Shown here piece by piece: positions 9,389-18,522 of a DNA stretch of 48,515 nt. Source of the stretch: Pseudomonadota bacterium (GTDB lineage: Bacteria; Planctomycetota; UBA8108; UBA1146); contig JAFMMO010000002.1 of the NCBI GenBank assembly GCA_017859655.1, positions 1 to 48,515 of the forward strand, written 5' to 3'. Positions within the stretch are counted from its first letter, which is position 1. Every line of letters begins with the position of its first letter. The notes under the pieces were generated by a model. That model was not told the origin of the DNA, searched no databases, and saw only the letters and a list, made by a program, of their open reading frames with translations. The translations under genes were made by a program, and so were the position numbers.

Positions 9389-11596
9389 ATGAGCAGGGAA
9401 GACGGCCACCTTCGCGCCTCGGAGCCCCAGGAGGAAGAGAGCCCTCCGGGCCGAGACCGTCCCGTGGTCTCCGCCCGACCCGGACGGTGGAGCGGCCCCG
9501 ATCGCGAGCCTCCGCTCGAGGATCCCGCCCTCTTCATCAACCGGGAGCTGAGCCTCCTCGAGTTCAACGACCGGGTGCTCCAGCTCGCCCGCGACGAGAG
9601 CAACCCGCTCCTCGAGCGGCTCCGGTTCCTCACGATCTCGACCAGTAACCTCGACGAGTTCTTCGAGATCCGGGTCGCAGGGGTGATCGAGCACCTCGCC
9701 TATGACGTCGCCCTCCAGAGCGCGGATGGCCTGACCCCCCGAGCCCTCCTCGCCCAGATCTCGGAGCGGACCCACGCCCTCGTCGAGGAGCAGTATCGGG
9801 TCCTGAATGAGGAGATCCTCCCCGAGCTGGAGGAGGAGGGGATTCACCTCCTCCGCCGCAGCCACTGGACCCCTGAGCAGACGCGCTGGATCGCGGACTA
9901 CTTCGAGCGGGAGGTCCTGCCCATCCTCACGCCGGTCGGGCTCGATCCCGCGCATCCTTTCCCGAGGATCGCGAACAAGACCCTGAACTTCATCGTCTCC
10001 CTGCAGGGGAAGGATGCCTTCGGTCGGCTGAGTCGGGCCGCCGTGGTCCAGGCGCCGCGCCTTCTGCCCCGGGTCATCGCGCTGCCGCCGCGCCCGCACT
10101 CCCGCGATCGCGACTTCGTGCTTCTCTCCTCCGTGATCCACGCCAATGTGGACGCGCTCTTCCCCGGCATGGTCGTGGAGAGCTGCAGCCAGTTCCGTGT
10201 CACGAGAAACTCGGACCTCTTCGTGGACGAAGAGGAGGTCGACGACCTCCTGAACGCTCTCAAGGGACAGCTCGACCGGCGACGCTTCGCGGTCCCCGCC
10301 CGCCTCGAGGTCGCGGAGAACTGTCCGAAGGACATGGAGGAGTTCCTGCTCCATCAGTTCGAGCTCGGCGAGTCCGACCTGTACCGCGTCAACGGACCGG
10401 TCAACCTCCACCGGCTCGGCGAGCTCCACTCGCTCATCGATCGCCCCGACCTGAAGTACCGCTCCTTCCTCCCCGGCACCCCGCGGGCGCTGGAGGAGGG
10501 AACGGTGTTCTCGGCGATCCGTCGGGGAGACATCCTCCTGCATCATCCGTATCAGTCCTTCGCGCCGGTCATCGAGATGATCCGCGCCGCGGCGACCGAC
10601 CCGCAGGTCCTCGCCATCAAGCAGACGATCTACCGGACCGGGACCGACTCGGAGCTGCTGGAGCCCCTCGTCGAGGCGGCGAAGGCGGGCAAGGAGGTGA
10701 CGGCGGTCATCGAGCTGCGGGCGCGCTTCGATGAGGCCGCGAACATCGAGATCGCCACCCGACTCCAGGAGGCGGGCGCGAAGGTGGTCTACGGGGTCTT
10801 CGGCTACAAGTCCCACGCGAAGATGCTGCTCATCGTCCGCCGCGAGGGCGAGGAGCTGCGGCGCTACGTCCACCTCGGCACCGGCAACTACCACCCCGGC
10901 ACGGCCCGCGCCTACACCGACTTCGGCTACCTGAGCTGCGACCCCGATCTCGGCGCTGATGTCCACGAGCTCTTCCAGCAGCTGACCGGTCTCGGTCAGG
11001 CGACCGGTCTGCGGACCCTCGTCCAGTCCCCCTTCCGCCTCCATGACGAGATGCTCGGCCGGATCCGTGGCGAGATCGAGGCGGCGGAGGCGGGCGAGCC
11101 GGCTCGGATCATCGCGCGAATGAACTCCCTGATCGAGCCGCAGATCATCCGCGAGCTCTATCGCGCCTCACGCGCCGGCGTCGAGATCGACCTGATCGTC
11201 CGCGGTCCCTGCGCCCTGCGCCCCGGAGTCCCCGGGGTGTCGGAGAACATCCGCGTCCGCTCGATCCTCGGGCGCTTCCTCGAGCACAGCCGGGTCTTCG
11301 GCTTCCACGCCGGGGGCGAGGAGGTGGTCTACCTCTCCAGCGCGGACTGGATGCCGCGGAACTTCTTCCGGCGCGTGGAGATCGCCTTCCCGATCCGGGA
11401 GCCGAGGCTCAAGCGACGCGTCCTCGAGGAGAGCCTCCTCCTGTACCTGCAGGACTCGCGGGATGCCTGGGAGTTGACCTCGGATGGGAGCTACCTCCGA
11501 GTCGGAGAGCCAAAGGTCGGTGAGGCGCGGTCGGAGCCCGCTTCGTCCCAGCAGGGCCTGCTCGAGCTCCTCCAGGACAGCGCCGGAGCCTCCTAG
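9389..11596 (+). CDS. ppk1: Polyphosphate kinase 1
   Basis: Hallmark PPK1 N-terminus FINRELSLLEFNDRVLQLA...NPLLERLRFLTISTSNLDEFFEIRV. Also the catalytic His region (GYKSHAKMLLIVRRE) and HLGTGNYHP...YTD. An in-frame GTG at 9464 is an alternative start. Confidence 0.95.
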   Translation: MSREDGHLRASEPQEEESPPGRDRPVVSARPGRWSGPDREPPLEDPALFINRELSLLEFNDRVLQLARDESNPLLERLRFLTISTSNLDEFFEIRVAGVIEHLAYDVALQSADGLTPRALLAQISERTHALVEEQYRVLNEEILPELEEEGIHLLRRSHWTPEQTRWIADYFEREVLPILTPVGLDPAHPFPRIANKTLNFIVSLQGKDAFGRLSRAAVVQAPRLLPRVIALPPRPHSRDRDFVLLSSVIHANVDALFPGMVVESCSQFRVTRNSDLFVDEEEVDDLLNALKGQLDRRRFAVPARLEVAENCPKDMEEFLLHQFELGESDLYRVNGPVNLHRLGELHSLIDRPDLKYRSFLPGTPRALEEGTVFSAIRRGDILLHHPYQSFAPVIEMIRAAATDPQVLAIKQTIYRTGTDSELLEPLVEAAKAGKEVTAVIELRARFDEAANIEIATRLQEAGAKVVYGVFGYKSHAKMLLIVRREGEELRRYVHLGTGNYHPGTARAYTDFGYLSCDPDLGADVHELFQQLTGLGQATGLRTLVQSPFRLHDEMLGRIRGEIEAAEAGEPARIIARMNSLIEPQIIRELYRASRAGVEIDLIVRGPCALRPGVPGVSENIRVRSILGRFLEHSRVFGFHAGGEEVVYLSSADWMPRNFFRRVEIAFPIREPRLKRRVLEESLLLYLQDSRDAWELTSDGSYLRVGEPKVGEARSEPASSQQGLLELLQDSAGAS

Positions 11597-11644
11597 GAAA
11601 CCCCCCGGCCTCCTTCTCCCGCACCGCCGGCTCTCGGACCCTGT

Positions 11645-13141
11645 TCAGGCATCGGCGGCACCGAGCTCCACCGAGACCTCCACGCCCAGGCTCGAGGCCA
11701 GCTCCAGCTCTCTCCGCAGCTCCTCCTCGGTGAGCGGGTGACGGGAGAACCAGCCCGGCGGGAAGCAGAGCTGAAGTGCCTCGCCCTCGACCCGGGGAGC
11801 GAAGGGAAGTCGGGCGTCCTCCACCCTCGCGCGGTGGAAGGAGACCGCGAGTCGGAGGAGGAGGAGGAGCCGATGGGCCTCCGCCTCGGTGAGCATCTCC
11901 GGGAGCTCCATCTCCCGAGTGCGGACCTTGCGCCGATGGAACCGCACCAGAAAGGCGATCGCCTCCTGCTCATCGGTCGAGAAGCCCGGCAGCTCGGAGC
12001 AGCGGATCAGGTACTCCCCGTGGCGCTGGTGCCCACGGTGGGAGATGGAGAGCCCGACCTCGTGGAGACGCGCGGCGAGACGGAGGAGAGCCCCCGCTCC
12101 CGTGTCGAGTCCCCACGCCTCCCGAGCGACCTCGAAGAGCCGGAGCGCCGTGCGCTCGACCCGCGCCGCCTGGGCGAGATCCACCTCGAATCGTCCCTGG
12201 AACTGGGCGATGGTGGCCTCGCGGACATCCCCGCTCCCATCCCGACCGACCAGGTCGGTCAGGATCCCCTCCCTCAGGCCACCGGGGGTCGCGGTGAGCT
12301 CCCCCACCTTGCACGCCTTGAAGATGGCGCTGAGGACCGCGATCCCCCCCGCGATCACCGGTCGACGATCCTCGTTCAGCTCCGGGAGCTCGAGGCAGTC
12401 GATCGTCTCCGCCTCGATGAGATGGTCTCTCAGACGGCGGAGTCCGGCCCGGGTGATCGGCTCCCCCGGATCTCCGGTGGAGTGAATCAGTCGCTCGATC
12501 GCGTGGGCGGTCCCGGCGGAGCCGAGCGCGACCGTCCAGCCGAGCTCCCGGAAGCGGGCGGTGTAGGGGCGGAGCTCCACCCGTGCGGCGAGGATCGCCT
12601 GACGGAAGATCTTCTCGGTGAGCCGTCCCTTGCGGAAGTGACGGCGCGTATGGGTCACGCAGCCGAGGGGCAGGCTCTCTGCCAGGAGGATCTTCGAGCC
12701 GTCCGCCACGATCAGCTCCGTGGACCCCCCGCCGATGTCCACGATGAGATGGCGGGCGTCGAGCTGGGGGAGCTGGCTGTGCACGCCGAGGTGGATGAGG
12801 CGCGCCTCCTCGCCACCCGAGATGATCTCGATGCGGTGGCCGAGGGCCGCCTCCGCCCGGCGACGGAAGGAGCGGGCGTTCCGGGCGGAGCGGAAGGTGT
12901 TCGTGCCGACCGCCCGCACCTGATCGGAGGAGAACTCCCTCAGTCGATGCCCGAAGCGGGCGAGGCAATCGAACGCGCGCTGCTGAGTGGCCTCATCGAT
13001 CCGGCCTTCCTCGTCCAGACCGCCAGCGATGCGCACCCGTTCCCGCAGTCGATCGAGGACCTGCGGCGGTCCCCCGTCGCTGCGAGCGATGATCATGTGG
13101 AAGCTGTTCGAGCCGAGATCGACCGCGGCGACGGTCTTCAA
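11645..13141 (-). CDS. ppx: Exopolyphosphatase (Ppx/GppA family)
   Basis: N-terminus MKTVAAVDLGSNSFHMIIAR. ASKHA-fold motifs DIGGGSTEL and LGSAGT, plus a C-terminal HD-like region (AARLHEVGLSISHRGHQRHGEYLI). Confidence 0.9.
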   Translation of the reverse strand: MKTVAAVDLGSNSFHMIIARSDGGPPQVLDRLRERVRIAGGLDEEGRIDEATQQRAFDCLARFGHRLREFSSDQVRAVGTNTFRSARNARSFRRRAEAALGHRIEIISGGEEARLIHLGVHSQLPQLDARHLIVDIGGGSTELIVADGSKILLAESLPLGCVTHTRRHFRKGRLTEKIFRQAILAARVELRPYTARFRELGWTVALGSAGTAHAIERLIHSTGDPGEPITRAGLRRLRDHLIEAETIDCLELPELNEDRRPVIAGGIAVLSAIFKACKVGELTATPGGLREGILTDLVGRDGSGDVREATIAQFQGRFEVDLAQAARVERTALRLFEVAREAWGLDTGAGALLRLAARLHEVGLSISHRGHQRHGEYLIRCSELPGFSTDEQEAIAFLVRFHRRKVRTREMELPEMLTEAEAHRLLLLLRLAVSFHRARVEDARLPFAPRVEGEALQLCFPPGWFSRHPLTEEELRRELELASSLGVEVSVELGAADA

Positions 13142-13168
13142 GCGCGCACCTCCCGGTCGATCCCCGCC

Positions 13169-13663
13169 TCAGTCCCCGGCACGGCCGCGGAGCTGCTTCG
13201 GGGTCTGGAGCCAGAGGAGGGAGCCCGGACCCTCGATTCCGGCCGGACACTCGAGCGCGGCGACCCCCCCCTTCTTCAATCGGGTGAAGGGCTCGGGCGC
13301 GCGGCAGATGTGCGCGATCAGGGCATCAACCTGGGGTGCGTGCCCGCAGAGGAGCGTGTCCTCGTTCGGGGAGCGGGAGAGCTCCGCGATGAGGGCGCGC
13401 GGGTCTTCATCCCCCACCAGGGTGGGGGTGATCTCGACCTCCGGGTGGCGGAGGACCTGGGCGATCACCTCGGCGGTCTGAAACGCCCGGACAAGGGGGC
13501 TCGAGACGATCCGCTCCGGCGCGATGCCGAGGCCCGCGAAGCCGCGCGCCTCGCGCTCCATGCGCTGACGCCCGCGGGGCGTGAGCTCGCGATCCGGATC
13601 CGCGGGGCACTCGGGGTCGTCCCGATCGATCGCGATGGCGTGTCGGACGATCCAGAGATACAC
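13169..13663 (-). CDS. sixA: Histidine phosphatase, SixA-like
   Basis: The ORF track extends to 13909, but GTG 13663 is preceded by AAGGAGA and yields VYLWIVRHAIA...R.LTPRGR....SSPLVRAFQTAE...LLCGHAPQ. That sequence carries the RH.(A/G) catalytic motif of SixA-type phosphohistidine phosphatases. The gene sits 27 nt upstream of ppx on the same strand. Confidence 0.75.
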   Translation of the reverse strand: MYLWIVRHAIAIDRDDPECPADPDRELTPRGRQRMEREARGFAGLGIAPERIVSSPLVRAFQTAEVIAQVLRHPEVEITPTLVGDEDPRALIAELSRSPNEDTLLCGHAPQVDALIAHICRAPEPFTRLKKGGVAALECPAGIEGPGSLLWLQTPKQLRGRAGD

Positions 13664-13866
13664 GGGTCTCTCCTTTCGAGGCTCCTTCGCGAGGGTCGGG
13701 GCCGTCGATCGCTCCTCCGCGCGACCGCGGACCTCGCTCCCCCCACTATGGCGCAATCCCGACCCTCGGTGAAGATCCTGCATCCTCGACCGCCGGAGGG
13801 AGGTGCGGGCGCGTCGAGCGTGTATCATCCTAGGGTGCACCCCGACCGGAGAGGAACGAGGGAGCG

Positions 13867-14823
13867 ATGATCTCCCCACAGCCGCCGAATCCCGAAGGCG
13901 ATCGGGCACCGAACCACCGCCTCGTCTGGCGCCCGACGCCGGTCGTCTCCACCGCCATCCGGGAGACCTTCGAGGAGAGGCTCCGCTTCGCGGAGGGCTG
14001 TCTCGCGCTCGCGGATGAGGACCCGGCCCGGGCGATCCACTCCTACCGCAAGACGATCCGTCGCAGTCGATCCCTGATCCGCCTGCTGCGCGGGGTCATT
14101 CCGAAGGAGTCGCTCCGATCGATCGACTCCGGCCTGAGAGCCGCCGTCCTCCCGACCTCCGGCCTGCGCGATGCTCGCGTGCTCCTCGGGGTCCTGGACG
14201 CGCTCCCCCCGATCGAAGGCTCCGACCCGCTGCGGGAGGCCCTCACCGCCCGCTGGACCCGGAGGGTCGAGGCGATCGAGGAGAGCGGAGAGGAGCGGCA
14301 GGCGCTCATCGCGAGCCAACCCCCTCTCCGACGACTCCCCGGCGAGCTGGAGCGCGCTCTCCCGGCCGATCTCGGCGTCGAGGAGCTGCAGCAGGCCGCC
14401 CGGCGCAGCTATCGCAGGGCGCGTCAGGCCGGTCGCTCCGCGATCAGGGTTCCGGAGGACGAGGGCATCCATCGGGCCCGCAAGCGGATCAAGGAGCTGC
14501 GCTACCAGCTCGAGTGGCTGAGCGGCGTCTCCGACGCCGCGACCCGCGCTCGTCAGAAGCACTGCGCGCGGCTCGCGGGGGAGCTGGGGGAGGTGACCGA
14601 TCTCCTCGTCCTCGAGGATGCGATCCGCGCCGATCTCGAGGTCCTCCGCGGTCTGAAGGCGCGCTCCTTCTGCCAGCGCGTCCGCCGCCGGCTTCTCGCA
14701 CGCTTCGAGGAGGTCACGCTCTCGCTGGAGTCGCTCTTCGCCACGCGGAGCCGGGAGTTCGCCTCGGGAGTGGGAGCGCGGATCCTCTCCGGAGCGGAGC
14801 CCCCTCCCGACGCCGAGACCTAG
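13867..14823 (+). CDS. CHAD domain-containing protein
   Basis: Helical protein with the two conserved CHAD His/Arg-rich segments: IHSYRKTIRRSRSLIRLLRG and IHRARKRIKELRYQLEWL. Confidence 0.75.
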   Translation: MISPQPPNPEGDRAPNHRLVWRPTPVVSTAIRETFEERLRFAEGCLALADEDPARAIHSYRKTIRRSRSLIRLLRGVIPKESLRSIDSGLRAAVLPTSGLRDARVLLGVLDALPPIEGSDPLREALTARWTRRVEAIEESGEERQALIASQPPLRRLPGELERALPADLGVEELQQAARRSYRRARQAGRSAIRVPEDEGIHRARKRIKELRYQLEWLSGVSDAATRARQKHCARLAGELGEVTDLLVLEDAIRADLEVLRGLKARSFCQRVRRRLLARFEEVTLSLESLFATRSREFASGVGARILSGAEPPPDAET

Positions 14824-16544
14824 CGCGCGGAGCCGCGGACGAGGGTCGGCCGAGCGCCGGGGACGAAGCTCCCGTACTTCTCCGTCGTGCCGTCCGGCCA
14901 GAGGACCTCGAGCGAGACGGCGGGAGCGCCGCCGGTGCCGATGTGCACCCGTGGATCGTGGGCGGCGGCGTACCCTCCCCCCGACCCGACGAGTCGGGTG
15001 ATCACCCGCGGCCCCTCCCCGTCCCCGCCGTCGAGGCGCGCCCTCACGATCGTTCCGGAGAGGGAGCGATGTGCGGGATCCCGGAGGGTGATCACGAGCG
15101 CGCCGCCTCGCTTCTGCGCGATGTTCTCGAGAAGGTGCGCCCGCCCCCCGTTGTTCACGATGACGAGGTCGAGGTCTCCATCGTCGTCAAGATCCCCCCG
15201 CAGCACCGCCCGGGCGGATCCGACGGAGGCATCGCTCACCGCCGTCGGGGACACCTCGCGGAACCGGGCCGGAGCGACGCCCCGAAAGAGCTGGTCGGTC
15301 TCCGCGTAGGGGTCCTGACCGGGCTCGTGGGACCCCGTCGTCACGCGCCCGTTCCCCACGAAGAGGTCATCCCGACCATCGTGATCGAAGTCCGCCACCA
15401 CCTGGCCCCAGCCGGTGGACTCGCGGGAAGGTCCGGCGAGGCCGGTCAGGACGGTGGCGTCGGTGAAGCTGCCGCCGTCGTTGCGGTAGAAGGTGTTCGT
15501 CTCGTTGCGAAGATGGGTCAGCAGCAGATCGAGGTCGCCATCCCCCTCCGCATCGAACGCCACGATCCCCATCCCCGCCTCTGCCCGGCCGTTCATGTCG
15601 ACGGCGGCGCCGCGCCGCGTCGCGACCTCCTCGAAGCGAAGACCCTCGGCGGTGCTCCGGTTCAGCCAGAGCTGGTTCGGGTTGCCATCGTTGGCGACCG
15701 CGATGTCCGGACGCCGGTCGCCATCCAGATCGGCGAACACGACGCCCAGGCCGTTTCCGAAGGCGACACGGAGCCCTGCGCGCTCCGAGACATCCTCGAA
15801 GCGAGCGCCTCCCCGGTTGCGGAGGAGGAGATCGGGCGCCGGCGCGCGGTAGTTGTTCGGCGCGCAGTAGTCCCGCGTGCCATCCTCGTTCGTGCAGGGG
15901 AGCTCGCGCTCGGGACTCCAGCGGACATAGTTGGCCGCGAAGATCTCGGGCAGACCATCCCCGTCGAGATCTCCCATCGCCGCGGAGGTCCCGAAGGCGG
16001 CATCGCCGGCCCCGCTCTCCTCGGTGATGTCGGTGAAGCGCCCCTCCCCGTCGTTCCGATAGAGCGTGTTTCGACCGACCCGCGTGATGTAGAGGTCGAC
16101 ATCGCCATCGAGATCGATGTCTCCGGTGCAGACTCCGATCCCGTACCCCACCGCGTCGAGCCCGGAGCCCTCGGTGATGTCGGTGAAGCGCAGCGCTCCG
16201 TCGTTTCGAAAGAGGCGATCGGACGAAGGTGAATCCGGATCGAGGAGGTCCCCCCCCTGGACGAGGAGGAGATCGAGGTCTCCATCCCCATCGACATCGA
16301 GGAGGGCACCGCCGCCCGCGACCGTCTCCGGCAAGTGATACCGCCGCTCCTCCCCGATGCGATGCTCGAAGTCGAGGCCCGCCTCCCGGCTCCGCTCTCG
16401 AAACCAGAGTGAGTCGGCGGGGCCACCGGCGGCGGGTGGAGCGACGGGCGGCGGATGGGAGTCCTCACCACCGCATCCGGAGAGGAGGAGCAGGAGCAGG
16501 GGTCGGAGTGCGATCGGCGCAGGGCCTGATGGTGAACGGCTCAT
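14820..16544 (-). CDS. CRTAC1-family lipoprotein (FG-GAP/VCBS repeats plus an ASPIC/UnbV C-terminal domain)
   Basis: ATG 16544 follows GGAGGAGGGGGA. Lipobox LLLLLSGC. Repeated calcium-loop motifs (DVDGDGDLDLLL, DIDLDGDVDLYI, DLDGDGLPEIFAANY, DLDGDRRPDIAVAN, DAEGDGDLDLLL, DFDHDGRDDLFVGNG, DLDDDGDLDLVIVNNG). UnbV-like tail ...GGGYAAAHDPRVHIG.G.....LEVLWPDG. Confidence 0.8.
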   Translation of the reverse strand: MSRSPSGPAPIALRPLLLLLLSGCGGEDSHPPPVAPPAAGGPADSLWFRERSREAGLDFEHRIGEERRYHLPETVAGGGALLDVDGDGDLDLLLVQGGDLLDPDSPSSDRLFRNDGALRFTDITEGSGLDAVGYGIGVCTGDIDLDGDVDLYITRVGRNTLYRNDGEGRFTDITEESGAGDAAFGTSAAMGDLDGDGLPEIFAANYVRWSPERELPCTNEDGTRDYCAPNNYRAPAPDLLLRNRGGARFEDVSERAGLRVAFGNGLGVVFADLDGDRRPDIAVANDGNPNQLWLNRSTAEGLRFEEVATRRGAAVDMNGRAEAGMGIVAFDAEGDGDLDLLLTHLRNETNTFYRNDGGSFTDATVLTGLAGPSRESTGWGQVVADFDHDGRDDLFVGNGRVTTGSHEPGQDPYAETDQLFRGVAPARFREVSPTAVSDASVGSARAVLRGDLDDDGDLDLVIVNNGGRAHLLENIAQKRGGALVITLRDPAHRSLSGTIVRARLDGGDGEGPRVITRLVGSGGGYAAAHDPRVHIGTGGAPAVSLEVLWPDGTTEKYGSFVPGARPTLVRGSAR

Positions 16545-16765
16545 TCCCCCTCCTCCGGCTCGGATCCGGGGACCGCCGCGCCGACGGTACGCGACCGGAT
16601 CACGAACGAGTCTAGCCGGAGCGCGGGAGCCCTCCCAGCGCACTCCATCCGTCGGCTCGCTTGCCCCTCCCGATCGAAATCCTATGATCCGACCGCACCG
16701 GAACGCAGTGGCAGGTCGAGGTGGCAGCGCGAGGTGGCCGCCTGAAGGGAGAGCGGAGGGACCCG

Positions 16766-17467
16766 ATGCTGAAGCCGATCTTCGCGGTGGTTCTGCTGAT
16801 CCTCCTGGTGGCAGGAATCGGCGCCGCCGTCCTCCATCTCTCCTCCCCGATCTCCACCGTGCCGCTGCTGGTCCTCGACATCTCCGTGGAGCCCCCGACC
16901 CCGACCGCCCGGATCCGATTCGGCGGGGAGTTCATCCCCGCGGATCGGTCGGTCCGACACGAGTGCCGGCTGACCTGGCTCGCTCGGGCGCCTATCTCGG
17001 AGACGCCGCTCCCCTCCCCGATCGAGGACCAGGAGGATGTCGCGACGCTGCATTCCATCGACACGGACCGACTGCTTGACGCGCTCCGCCGCGCCACCGG
17101 AGTCGGCGATGAGCGCGAGTCCGCTCCAAAGGAGATGCTGACCTGGCTCGGCGAGCTGGCGCTCAGGGGCTTCCGCGGATCCGCGCGCGTGGACGGTCGG
17201 GACCGGGAGGTGATCTGGCTGGCCGTCGCGCTCCCCGGCCAGCGGACGCCGTTCGGCCTCGCGATCCTCGCGGACGGAAGCCCCGACCTCGAGGCGCATG
17301 ACGTGACGATCGCCCCTCCGACGACGCCCTCGACCGGCGCGGGACCCCGATGGTCGGAGGGAGTCCTGCGACAGCAGCGGATCGAGCACGTGGTCCGGCT
17401 CCGCTTCCGACCGATCGAGGGATCCGGCGACGACCCCCTCAGGGGGTCCAGACATCGGCGGCCTTGA
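16766..17467 (+). CDS. Hypothetical protein with an N-terminal TM anchor
   Basis: ATG 16766 follows GGAGCGGAGGGA. N-terminal helix MLKPIFAVVLLILLVAGIGAAVL. GC3 is high throughout. No family recognised. The 3' end overlaps the convergent neighbour by 29 nt. Confidence 0.5.
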   Translation: MLKPIFAVVLLILLVAGIGAAVLHLSSPISTVPLLVLDISVEPPTPTARIRFGGEFIPADRSVRHECRLTWLARAPISETPLPSPIEDQEDVATLHSIDTDRLLDALRRATGVGDERESAPKEMLTWLGELALRGFRGSARVDGRDREVIWLAVALPGQRTPFGLAILADGSPDLEAHDVTIAPPTTPSTGAGPRWSEGVLRQQRIEHVVRLRFRPIEGSGDDPLRGSRHRRP

Positions 17468-18344
17468 TCCGCTCGATCGCCTTCTCCGCCCCGTTCCGCG
17501 GGACGCACTCGAGGCCGACATAGTCCCGATAGCCGAGACGCCACGCCTCCTGGAAGACCCGGTTGTAGTGGACCTCCCCGGTCCCCGGCTCGTTGCGGCC
17601 CGGGTGATCGGCGAGCTGGAGATACCCCACCTGGTCGAAGCCATCCCGCAGGCGACCGCAGAGGTCGCCCTCGCTGATCTGCATGTGGTAGAGGTCCCAG
17701 TTGATCTTCACCATCGGCGAATCCACCTCGCGGCAGATCCGGACCGCGTCCACGCTGCCGTAGAGACAGTGCCCCTTGTGATCGACGCGGATGTTCATCG
17801 GCTCCAGGATCAGCATGACGCCGGCATCCTCGACCATGGGCTTCACCCGCCGGAGGCCGGTGATGATCGCGGCGTGCATCTCCTCCGGGGACTTCCCCGG
17901 GATGTCGTTTCCGCCGACCACCGTCATCTTGCGGCAATCGAGCCGCTTCGCGACCTCGATGCCCTCCCTGATCTCCTTCTCGAAGCGGTCGTGGTGGGAC
18001 GGATCGTTGAGCCCCGGCACGAAGCCCCAACCGGTGAACTGGGCGACCTCGATGGAGAGCTCGCGGCAGAGGTCCCGGAGCTCATCGAGCGGCTTGCCCC
18101 GCCAGGGCCAGAACTCGATCGCCGGGAAGCCGGCGGCGTGGGCCTTCCGGACCTTGTCGAGGAAGGGCACCCCCCCCCACCACATCTCCACATTCACGGC
18201 GAAGCGGGTCCGCCCCCAACCAGCTGCGGGCTCATCGGTCGGGGTCGCCCCGAGGGAGGCGGGCAGCGACGCGCCGGCCGCGGCGGCCGCGGTCGAGGCG
18301 AGCCAGGTGCGTCGATCGAGGGGGAAGCGGGGATCGATGGACAT
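17439..18344 (-). CDS. Xylose-isomerase-like TIM-barrel protein (hydroxypyruvate isomerase family) with a Tat signal
   Basis: ATG 18344 follows GGAGG. Twin-arginine signal MSIDPRFPLDRRTWLASTAAAAAGASLPA. The core (RFAVNVEMWW..VPFLDKV..A.AAGF.AIEFW...MLILEPMN...DHKG.......INWDLYHMQISEGDL....YLQLADHPGRNEPGTGEV.Y......LGY..YVGLEC.P) is Hyi-like. Confidence 0.8.
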   Translation of the reverse strand: MSIDPRFPLDRRTWLASTAAAAAGASLPASLGATPTDEPAAGWGRTRFAVNVEMWWGGVPFLDKVRKAHAAGFPAIEFWPWRGKPLDELRDLCRELSIEVAQFTGWGFVPGLNDPSHHDRFEKEIREGIEVAKRLDCRKMTVVGGNDIPGKSPEEMHAAIITGLRRVKPMVEDAGVMLILEPMNIRVDHKGHCLYGSVDAVRICREVDSPMVKINWDLYHMQISEGDLCGRLRDGFDQVGYLQLADHPGRNEPGTGEVHYNRVFQEAWRLGYRDYVGLECVPRNGAEKAIERIKAADVWTP

Positions 18345-18522
18345 GACACCTCCGTGGGGAAAGGGCCGGGTCGCACCCGGGGCCGCAGGTCGCCGCGCGG
18401 CGCCCTCCCGGGGGCGGTGGGAGAGGGTAACGAGTCGGCGGAGGACGCGGTACCGATCTCTCCCCGGGCGATCCCCCCTTCCGGTACACTCCCGCTCCGC
18501 CCCCCCGGAAGCGAGGCCTTCG

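Noticed and set aside
14820-14823. Convergent genes sharing overlapping stop codons in a palindromic CTAG (here, and again at 30064-30067)
   Set aside because: The observation is real, but it is most simply a by-product of compact gene packing with TAG stops on both strands. Two occurrences do not support a functional claim.
9335-16232. Long antisense ORFs: 9335..11044(-), 11738..13870(+) and 14514..16232(+). The same applies to 33023..34630(+) and 35264..37069(+)
   Set aside because: Each is the reverse frame of a gene with strong family motifs (ppk1, ppx/sixA, CRTAC1, PilX-like, TolC). All show the typical Arg/Gly/Glu/Asp/Pro-rich composition of spurious ORFs in GC-rich DNA.
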